Origin: a virus
Taxonomy: Duplodnaviria; Caudoviricetes
Reading direction: 5' to 3' (one strand)
DNA length: 64,000 nt
Virus record (IMG/VR): IMGVR_UViG_3300047553_000334
Coordinates: 1,875-65,874 of that record
The position numbers were made by a program, and so were the translations under genes. Numbering within the stretch: the stretch's first letter is position 1; the number at the start of each line of letters is the position of its first letter. Below, piece by piece: positions 9,696-21,600 of this stretch. The notes beneath the pieces were generated by a model. That model made no database searches. It had not been told where the DNA came from and saw only the letters and a program-made list of their open reading frames with translations.

Positions 9696-12600
9696 ATGCC
9701 ACAAACTAATTCATCGCGCAATAGAAGTGTCAGTGATGCATATTGGAAAAAGCGTTATCAGCAAGCAGGAGTTGTCCCAAAGGCTGGAGGTGGCGTCACT
9801 GTTACTAAACCAACTCAGCGCCTTGGATATGAAGCTCCACAAGACAAGCAATCGTGGATACAGCAAAACTATATTCCTATAACTAACCTTATCCAAAAAG
9901 GTGATACACGCGTTGTTTCATCTCAGGTTTTGGATATAGCACGTAGCGGTTTTAATTCTGGATACATTAATCAAAAACAGTACGACTACATTGCAGACAA
10001 TGTAGAGAGATTTAGAAAAGCTTTAACCACGCCAGTAACTAGTGGTGGTGAACAAATACCATTTACTACGTTAGGTCAAACTGGTGCACGTGGAAATTTC
10101 GGGGAAGTACAGAGATCACTAAAGCACTCCGACCTTATTCGTTACAACCCTGATGGTTCGTGGGAATATGATCCACGTGATGCAAATGCTGCAATTCGCG
10201 CCAATGTAGGTCGTACACAAGGATTAATTAAGGACGCTAATACAAACATCTTTCCGGATGTTGGTGCAACGGCTGCAGGTTTACTGGCAACTGTTCCTTT
10301 ACGCGTTGCGAAGTCATTTGGTTATCAGCCAACGTTTGACGAGAATACTTTTACTGGGCGTGTAGGACGAGCTGCTGAAGGTATAGAAGCTGGATTAAGT
10401 TCATTTGTGCCAACAGTTATGTCTGGCATTAGTAATAGAACTCGTTATGCTATGTCTCGCGCTTATGGTAGAACGCCAGAAGAAGCAGAACAAGACGCAG
10501 CAAATTTGATGATGGAGACCCCGTGGTATCAAGTTGCAAATGCAGAGTTAGCGCCTGCTCAAACAAGTCCTAACTTTCAACTTGGTTCTGTATTAGGAAT
10601 GGAAGCAGCTGCAGCTGTGCCTTCCTTATATACAAGTTTAGGATTACTAAATGCTGCATCTAGTTTAGGTGCGCGTGTATTGTCTCCATTTGGTTCACAG
10701 GCGTCCAGTATTGGTAGATATGCTGGTATTGGCGCAGCTGTCGCAGCACCTCCTACTATTACTGCGTTCCGTGATCAATTAACTGGCGGTCAGCCGGGTG
10801 TCCGTGAGGACATTGTTTCTGGTGTTGAATCCTTTATGGATCCTGTTCGTACTGCACAACAACGTGGCACAACAGAATCACAGATGCTTGGCCAGCAGGA
10901 GTTTGACCCTAAAGGTGTATATAACACGGCTGCACAACGTCTTGGCTTATTTACTATGGCAAGTGGTGGCGCACGTGAAATGTGGCGTGACGTCAAGAAT
11001 GAGGCAGCTCGTGGAATGTTTGCATTCCGAGGAAGACTCAAGGAAACTGGCAACCCATTTGTTGCTGCTAAGACTGGACTTGCAGCATCTGTAGAAACAG
11101 AAATCGGCAAGGCTGCTGCAGCAGATCTCGGTTTTGCTTTAACGCAACCATTGGGTGACATTGGTCGTCTCGTATATTCGCAGACTCGATTTGATAAATC
11201 AAAACCTGTAGATGTACCAAAAGCAGAAGACTTAGTTATTGATACATTACTAGGACTTTCGGCTAGTCGTCCCGGCAAAGGTGCTCAGTGGATTTTCCGT
11301 GGTAATCCATTAGAGCGGCTTGAGCCTAAGACAATGGCTATAGCAGCTGCTGTAGATACAGTCAATAAGCAAAGTCCTGAAATTAACTTACTCCGTCAAC
11401 GCATTGCAGAATTACGTGGGCCTGACTTCAAACCAAATGAGGCAGATTTACGGCGTGTAGCTAGTGAGTTAGCACGTACTAACTCTGCTAACTTAGAGTC
11501 ATTATCTAGGATGGATGAGATTCCAGAAGGTATCGCCATTCACAGAACGCCAGAAGAGCATATTAGAGCCTACGTAGAGAATCCAGATTCAATTTCAGTT
11601 GACGTACGCTCTAGATATGACAATCTTATTGAAAGTATGCGTGGAGCAAAAGATAAGATTGATATTGAAGATGGTAATCCATTAAACAATTTAGATATCT
11701 TAGACAATTACCGTACTGACTTAGCAACACGAAGACGTCGAATTAATGAACTGACTAAGGCATTGCTGCCAGAGTATGAGGCAATGTTTAAGTCAATGAA
11801 AAGTAATAAGCCTGTTGAACGTACTCCTGCAAAGTACTATGGATTAAAGCGTGGTGATGGAACCATGCTTGTATTTACCAGCGACTTTGAATCTGCGCGT
11901 ATTGTTCCAGAGCACGATAGCCCAGACATACAAATGCTTGGTCCTAACTATTATGGTGAGTCTAGCTCTCGTGAATTAACTGCTGAACGTACTGCGTTTC
12001 ATAGGAGTGTGGTAGCGTTGCGTGAAACACCTATTACTCTTGATGGAGTAGAAGGTGTACCAATTGCGTTTACTGGTAATTCGATTTACCTTAAGGATTC
12101 ACTTGGCAATGTAAGAGCATACACTGCAGATAAGTTACTTGACGCACAACGAAAAGCTAAATCTGAAGGCAAGAATGAATTAGTACAACAAATTCAAGAT
12201 GTAATTGATGTTGTAAACGAATCCAATAAGCTTTATAGAGAAGGCAAGATTAGTACATTCCAATCTGACGGTCGTGTCAGTGTGCTTACTCGTGATCGTG
12301 CAGTACGTGATTCTCGTTTTCAAGTACCGCTTATTGATTCACCTGACGATTCTCGTGGACGTTTAATTGACCGACAGAATGGCTATGGAATAGTTCAGTC
12401 TGATACTGGAATGTATTACATTGTTCCAGAAATAGATTTACGTGGCTCAGACGGAGAAATATATCCTGTAGAGAATGAGCTTGATGATATTCACATTACT
12501 GACCTTGACACTGAAAATAACAGAATAACTGTATTTCTGCCTAATGTTGACACTGGAGAATCATTTCCATTAACGTTACAACTTACACCGGATCAAGTAC

Positions 12601-15600
12601 AAGCGTTTAAAAACGATGGCGTTCCACCTGATGCATACGAATTCTTTAGAGAAGCCATGGATATGGCAGAACCATTTAAGCGTCAGGTTGGTGACATTGT
12701 TACAATAGAATCAAAGTATCTGGACGGCACAACGGCATCTCGTCGTTATGTCATTGTTCAGGCAAATGCTGATCATGGAGTAGGTTTACCTATTGATAAC
12801 TTAACTGGCACAGAGCCAAGTATGGTTATCTTTGATCACTCAGGGTTAAAGGTTGAGCGGACAAATACAGAGTTTCTTCTTAGGGAGATGCAGAACGCTC
12901 AACGCATTTCTGGATATGACCCAACATCTGATCGTCCGACTGATGACCCACTTGGTAATATTTTTAAGTATGCGTTCTGGTTGTCAAATCGAAACACCGA
13001 TACCACAGTTCCTGTAAAGTTAGTACCAGCTATTGTTAACGCTACGGCTGAAGAGTTACCGTCTATACTTCACGGACATATTCTTAGTTCTTTAGATGAC
13101 ACTGGACTATTGCAGAATGTCGTTGGCAGTATGCGTGAATGGTTAGCTAAGAACCCTGATTCTGCTGGCGACTTTGAGTTTATTGTTAATCAAGCACTAG
13201 CTACAGAGTTGTCTAAGGGTTCTGCAGATGTAAGTGCATTGGCCCTTGGTCACCTAACAAATATTGCACGCAATGCTGACTTAAATGATTTAGTTGATCT
13301 TCTTATAGGTCGTTTTGACGATGAGAAAGAAGTTAGCGGAGAGACATTCTTTAGTTCTAGTCCACGTCGTATAGGTAGATCACAAGGTCAATTTCAGATT
13401 ATGTTGTCTGCCGTAAACATGATCAACTCATTTATCCGACGTAAAGGACGCATTACAGATGAGCGCCTGACAAAAATCATTACTAATTTCTTAGGGACTA
13501 ACCCATCATTTGAGGGGAATCTTGAGAATGCAATTACCACAATTAAACGACTAGCCCAACTCTCCAGCTCTATCAATCATTTAGCGTATGGAGTTATTAG
13601 TGAGAAGGGCGCCATCTGGATGATGGAAAAATTATCTGCTCTCCCACATGAGGTACAGGTACTTTCTGCGTTACTACCATTTGATGGTGTTCGTGATATC
13701 TATCAAGATGATTTTGGTAATTGGTTTGCATCAAAAGAAAAATATGATGCTGCTGTACAACGCGCACGTGAATTATATGCGGATGCTGCTTCACGTGGTG
13801 AATCTGGTATAGACGACTTACGCAGTGCAATGTATGATGCACGTCTAGGATTTTTCTTTGAGATAGCTGCAGCAGGTTTAGAAGTAACAACACGACGGCC
13901 AATGGTCAACGTAACTGACCCAAGAGCAGTTGATGTAATACGAGCTAACGCCGAACGTGCAAGTAACGCTGTCAACGAGATGATTAAGCGTGTTGCTACT
14001 GCAAAGTTAGCGGTTCTCTCTAAGAGGTTGCAAGATAACGCTAGTGCGGATACGCCATCTGTACCAGTACGTCTTGATGAATTGGCAACTGCATCTCTAC
14101 TTGCTGCTCCAGATGGTGTATTGCATCCTGAACAGATTATTGATCAAAATGCAACAGAAGCTGCAGAAACAAGTCTTGTAACTATGCAGAGCGTAATAGA
14201 TAATGTGCGCCAGCAAATGGACAATATTGACGCAGCATCAGTGCTACCCGGCGTTGCTGTTTACACACCAGATGAGGCCACTACTGTAGGTACAACTGCA
14301 TTGGCAACAGCAGCAAAAGCACACGAAGGCAAGTTAGTGCTTGATGCGTCTAAACAAGCGTTTGATGCACTACCTCCTCAAGTACGTGACATAGTGTCTT
14401 CTTTGGCATCACCATTACTTTGGTTCTCTGATGTAGTTCGTGCTATTGATCGAACAGGTGATGACAATCTACGTGAAGCATTAGTGTTTGCGTTGATGAA
14501 TGCCCAAGGGACAGAAGGTGCATCTAGTCTATCTATTCGCCTGAATACATTATTTAGAACTGAAGAGGCATTCAACAGGTTTAATGATTTTGCTAGTGTG
14601 GTTTACGATAAAGTTAACAACACAGATACTGGTCGCAAAACTGCAGTTCGCGGAGCAATGGATCAGTTACTTAAGCTAGTTGATTCAATGGTCGGGGAAG
14701 AAGGAACGTCATTAGTAGATGATGCAGTTGCTTATTATCAAGGCCAAAACTTAAATCCTATTCTCCTTAAAACATTTATTGAATTAGCGTCGAAAGAACT
14801 TATTCAATCTTTAATATCTAATGCTACACGCGTTTCACCTGAAGCTGCATCTGATGTACTCGGAAGTATTAATACTTATGTAGAGAACAACAGAGAGCGT
14901 ATACGCAGAGCTGGCGCATTTGTAGGTGATAGTGCAGCCAAGGCTGAAGCGTTACGGCTGATTGAATCTGGTTCAACAGATGGCTTACGTTATTTAGGAT
15001 TCTCGTTTAACGGGCAACGACGTACGCTCATACAAGATGCAGTGCAGTCATTGGTCAACAATATGAGCACTCGCAAGTATGAAGGCAGTGCCATGGCACA
15101 AGCACAAGCATTGCTAAATGATGCACGTGAATTAGCTAGAACAGTAGCAGATTTTGTTTTAGGTGATGAAGGATTAGCTGTTGGTCAAGATCCCGCATCT
15201 GCTTATACTCCCGCTGTAGAGGTACAGTCTAGTTCATTTATTGATGCGCTACGTGGCGGTATGACGTTTGCTCGTACTTCTACTGGTCCTGACACAGCAC
15301 CATTGTTAATGGCTGGTAACAGGGCAGGACTTGAGAAGATCATCTTAGCAACATTGTTGGATGCAGCTAATAAAGCAGAACTAAATTACGAGTCTGTAGA
15401 CAAAGCTTTAATGGAAGCTGTTGTTGGACCAGAGATTGCTAAAAAATATTTTGAACGATTAAAGCAGGAAGATTTTGTAAAACGCAAAATCATATTTAGC
15501 AGAGAACCTGTGATGCGTGCTGCAATTATTCCGGGCGTTGACGGGCGTTACACATTACCTACTGGTATGGCTCGAAAAGAATTGATTGAGGGTCAGGCTA

Positions 15601-18600
15601 TGTTTAATAGCTATGTGACCAAGATGTTGAATCTATTAAAGCCACGTGACGCACAGCGCTTTAAGGATGCGTTAGCAGAGTATGTAAACAAAAAGCGAGC
15701 AGAAAGCGGTGATCAAGTATTTGTATTTGCTATGGCTGATTTACTTGCAATAGCAGAAGGTTTCAACGAAACTCGCGGTGTATTATTCCGCGCATCTGCT
15801 GATGCATCCGAGTTGTCATTTGGTGTAACTAATAAGGACGCTCATAATGCTGCATACAAAATAAAGTCGAGGCTGGCATCTATAGTTACAGATGTTGAAC
15901 GTGGAGTTATACCAAATCGATATGACTTGGCTGACCAGTTTGACAATCTTGGTGATGCAACTAGTTTCATTGATAAGTTTGAAGCAATAGATATTTACGA
16001 GCCGTTACCAGATGACATGGTAACAATGAATGACGCTGAGGCACTTGGCACTTTGTATTCGCAAATGTCACGAGACAATGCTTATACAGATGACCAGAAG
16101 AAAAAGTTTGACACACTAGCAAAATCATATCGTCGTGTTGCACGAAGTAAAGATGACTCACCAGCAAAGGTTATTAATAGATACTCTGATGCACGTGTCG
16201 TTTCTGCTAACTTAGCCAAGGTATATGACACCTATGCTGCACGTATGGCAACTCAAAAAGTCAGCAATGACATGAAGTTTAACTATGACCTTGATGACTA
16301 TAAGGCACTGACTGCTTTATTAGGAGTCAATGCTGAAGTTCAGTCAAAGGTTATGGCAGCTACAAGTGTCAATGAAATCTTTACAGAGGCTGTATTAGAT
16401 AAGGATCAGCAACGTCAGTTAGTTGCATTGCGAGCGGCTCAACTAAAGCAAGACTTCTATAACCAACATCACAAGTTATTCTTTGCACATGAAGCAATGA
16501 TGAACGAGATGGGATATCAACGCGTTGCTGATTCCGCACGTGATGTTGACGGCTTTATTACTCGCACTAAGATTGCAAATGCAACATCATCAATCTTGTT
16601 TATGGCTGCGTCTAAGAACTTTGGTAAGAGTGCTTTGACTGTTGCCCATGAAATATCTCACCACTTATTCTTCTCTTTGCCTGATGCACAGCAAGTACGT
16701 TGGTTAAAGGCTGTGATTCCACCACTCAACCGTGACAAGTCTGAAAAGGTTGTGCCAGAAGAAGAGCTGGTTCATGGTTATTTAAACAAGCAAGTTGATT
16801 TACTCAACGGATATTCCACACTACAGGATGTTTATTTATTTAGACGGCAGACAGTTGAGCAGTTTGCTGGAAGTAAATACACTCCCGAACAAATTCATAA
16901 CGCTAAGATGATTTTAGGAGAACTGTCTGCTACTAGCTTAATGAACTTTATTCTTAATAGTGGTGTTGTTCATATGCCTAATGACCGTGTGTCAATAGCA
17001 GAAGATTTAACTAGCTCACTTCTTAACCTGCAGAAAGTCTTGGCTCCTATTGCTAAAACGTTGAGCAGTGAATTTGGTCCGTGGGCAATGGTTGGAGATA
17101 AACCAACTAACGTATTCTATTATTCTCCATCATCAGTTGTGTATGAATCACCTAAAAAAACTGGTGTTAATCGTGTCTTCTATCCTTTAAAACACGGTAC
17201 GTACGTCCAGTTCATAAACAACATCGGTAAAAAGTTTAGTTCAGCAACACGTGTGGTTGATATTCACGACGTGATTATGGCTAACAAAGAATTTATTGAT
17301 GGGCGATCAGACAAACGGCAGCGATTAGTTGATGCGTTATCTAACGTCATTACAGATAGAGATGCGGTCAATGAAATTGTTGATAAGTTAATTGCATTAA
17401 AGACTGAAAATCCACGCGCTGAATACGGCAAGCATTACCGTATTAGTTTAAGTGGCGACAAGGCATTTCAGAAACAAGCAGACGGTACTACTGAGGAGCA
17501 AGGTTATCCTGTAGTTGGTCGCGTAGTTGGTATGGCTCACGAACGTGTGACTGCACGGTTTGATCGTGTTAGACCGTTTAAACTTAATGGTCGTGAGTGG
17601 TTTATTAGTAGTAAAAACAAAAATGACAACTCGCAGTGGTATGGTTTAAATGCCTACGAAAAGGCTAACGGACCAACTAAATTATTACAGAGTGGTATGC
17701 GTGGTGATTATGGGTATGTCGTAGAAAGTACTGCACAGATACGCTTACATACCCTGTTTGAGGGTAAGGATATTGACCTTGGCGATAATAAGATGTCGCG
17801 AGTTGATGTACCTGTTAGGTTTATTGTTGGTCATGACTATATTGATACAAGCCAGAATTTCCATTTAGTCGGTTCTGGTGATGCTGGTAATCCAGCATTT
17901 ATGTCAATCGTATACAACATGCTTGCCAAGATTGATCAGAATGTTATTCAAGCTGCTGGTCAACGCACGTATGAGTATGAGTTACGCATAAACAAAGCTT
18001 TGTCCGAGGCTATGCGAACAGGTGACTATAGCAAATGGGACGAGACTGTCACTGCCCCTCTTGCGTTATCAATGGACAAAGATATTAAAAATATCATTGC
18101 TCGTACACCTGTTTCTGAGATTCAAGCTGTAAGGCAAACTGCAACACATGCATGGTTACGTAATCAAAGTCATTCACGCAGTCTTTACAGATGGGCACGT
18201 AACATTAAGGATGAGGGTACACGTTCTACTGTATTAGGCTTGATTGATAGGATTACGGAACAGCACGCATTTACTGTTGGTGAATCTTTATCTGACTCAT
18301 CAATCACATCTGCGACCAAGCGATTACAGAGTGTTCTTAAAGATGGCAAGGGTTGGTATTCATTCATTCCATTTAGTGCAGATAAGTTTGCAAAGAACGG
18401 AATGGCACCAATTGTAACTGCCGTACACGAACAGTTGTTTACTTCATACGATGACCTCATAAGGTTTTACAATGAGGTTAAAGAATCTCGTGCAGAACTA
18501 TTTGCTAGTCGAGATCAAACATCACTTGTGCCATATCTTGCACAACCTACTGCATTAACAGTTGCTGGTGAAACTGCTTCTACTGCTGGACGATCGTTTG

Positions 18601-21600
18601 CTGTCGAAGTAGACGGCGTTAAGGTTGATTCAAGTTCATTGATTGAACAGATGTTTGGTTTACATGTTGATAACTTAGACGCCGCTTTCCAACAGTTTCA
18701 GATGCAATGGCTTGGTACACAGTTAACTAAATGGATTACAGAAAACCAGTCCGTTGTAAGTGGTACGAACAGATCGTTTAGCCAACGTCTGGCTGAACTT
18801 TATCAAGGATTAATGACAGGTGATCCAGATGCATATACTAAATCTGGTTTATCTAAAGACTTTGTTATTGGTGGCAAGCAGATTGACTTAGATAGTGCAT
18901 TGCGACTAGTTGCTCAAGCAGCTGGAACACCAGAAAACTTTGAAAACGGATTGCGGTATTACGCAGGTCAGAGTGATATTGCAATACAGTTTAGTGCGGA
19001 AACAGGGCTTAAGGTTGTACCACACGCAGTGCTGGATCACATTGCCAATAAGATATTTACTAATCAAGATGACATGATTAGATTTATGACAGCTGTTGCT
19101 GGAGATACTAGTGACACTGTTTCTCAAAGTGATGTTATTCGTGCTCGCAATTTATTCAATACTGTTGAGCATATTGTCCGCACAGATGCAAAGATACGTA
19201 GTTCTGCATTACGCAACTGGAAAAGTTACGAGTTGGTGAAAAGTGATCCTAACTCATACGAGGTTATTATTCGTTCTCCTGACAGGGATATTGCTGCAGA
19301 TGAAGTTGGAGCATCTAAGTCTGGTGCGCTGTATCGCGTCAATATGCAAACGGGTAAGACACATCTTGTTGCTGAGTCGAGACGTTATGATGCACAAACC
19401 AACAAGTGGGTTGAAACATACGAGAACATTCAGGATATAGATGACTATCTCCGTTACAACTGGGTACGCAAACCAAATGAAACAGCAAGACGTGATCCAT
19501 TTGCTTTTGATGCAAAACCACGAGCAATCAAATTGGATGCTAAACAGTTGTTTGGATTTGACGATTTCCTGAAAGTCAATGACACGTTAATGGCATTAGC
19601 TGGTGAATACGGTGTGTCTCATGGCGTAGTTAATGATGAGCCAGTGTACTTTATGCTTCCTATATCTATTGCTGAATTAGCTGCCAGCGAGATAAACATC
19701 TTTGATCCTGATGTTCCTATTCGTAATGCTGGAATGAATATTATTAAGGGCACTTACGATAAGAAAGAAAAACAATGGTCATTTGTAGATACGTCTAACA
19801 ACTGGCAAGATGCAAATAATTATAGGTCTCAAATGCCTATGGGTTTATTAGAGATGGTTATTAGTCCATTTGATAAATCTAGTGCAATGACTCTTACGTA
19901 TGATCGTCAACAAGAAATTGCCAAGCACAAAATGCTGCAAGAGGAATATCACATTGCAAAGTTATTGCTTGCCAAGGATAGGAATGTAGATAATCCACAG
20001 CATTCAGAATTCACAAAGGTAGGCAAACAAGCTTTGTTTAATAGTGAGTCTGATTTAATGCAGGATGCGAGTACTGGTACATGGTTCTCAAGTAGTCCTA
20101 AGTTTATGGATGAAACTCCAGACAACATACCTGAATTACGCAAGCCATCTGCATTACATGTTAACGATACTGAAGATCCTATTATTCAGTCAAGTATGGG
20201 TGTCCTTGATGATTTGGCTGCTGATGCAAAAGAAAAAGCATTCCAAGTTCCACAGGAAGTTACGTTCTACCGTGACCCTAAGACAAAGGGTGGAATGCTT
20301 CAATCTGGAACTAAAGACAAACTAGTACTACAGGTTAGTAGCGACATATATGACAAGTTGGTTACTGATCCATTAAAGGGTAGCCAGTGGGAAACCACAG
20401 TAAAAGATGGTCAGGCTATTACTTTAGATGGTGCTGATGCTGATGTATATTTTGCATCTACTCCTAAGTTTGTTGACACTGCGTACAATGTTTATGCATA
20501 CGGATTAAAACCTCTACAAGATTTTTTCCGTGGTGTACTTGGATTAGACCTTTCTGCATTTGCTATTCAGTTAGGCTCAATGATGGTGCGAGCACCGTAT
20601 CAAACGTTTAAGGCGTTAGTATTATCTGTCCCTGAGTTATTTGCTGGTAGCAGTGCGGACATTGGACTTGTGCTAGGTTCTCTGTGGCACGGGGCTAGAC
20701 AACAGCGCAGATTAAAAGGTGAGGGCCAATGGTTCAACCAGTCTTTAAACCTTGATGCTCGTTACTATGATTTCATCATGAACTCAGTGGTAGATAGATT
20801 TAATCAGACTAACATTGGTACTACAGTATCTATGTCTGAATTAATTGATGATTATTACATGCAGTCTAGTTACTCTGACTGGTATAAGCGATCAAAAGCT
20901 AACATGATTGCAGACCCTACTAAATACAAATCCATCATAGACACTCCTTGGGAAAGTCAGCGAGAGAACGTGTTTAGTGGTGGAATCATGGGTACTGTTG
21001 TACCCGGTTGGCGTAGAGCTGAAATGACAAGGCAGTTAATTTTGGATTTAGCTATGCTTCAACAATCATTGTCTGCAGTAAAAGATGCGCGAGCTAATCA
21101 AGCTAAAAATAAGGATCGCGATATCTCTGATAGTGAAGTTGATAAGGATATTAAAGCAGCACTTACCAACCTCGGTAAGGAGATTGGTATTGGGTCTCAT
21201 GCACGTAGTAAAACTCAGGCTCCTATATGGAGAGCGTTGTCAAATGTTGTGCAATATTTTATGACTGCACCTTCTTATACACGTAACTTTAATCAGTTTG
21301 TTGGCTTTACTCCTTTTGTAGGTACAAAAGAAAAGATTAACGAGTGGTCTAAAATTGCAACGCAAAATGGTCCAGCTTGGTTACGTGGTGAGGTATTTGA
21401 TATTGAAAGTGACCTCAGGCATCAAAACTTTGAGACTGCTTGGGCTGAAAAAAGAAGGATCAAATATAGAAATCAAGCTGCAATAACATGGGGAATTATT
21501 GCAGCATTAAATGCATGGGTTAATTTTCAACAGCATCAAAAGAATCGTCCATATGAAGAGGAAGATAAAACTTCATGGATGGACATCATGAGCAAGCGCT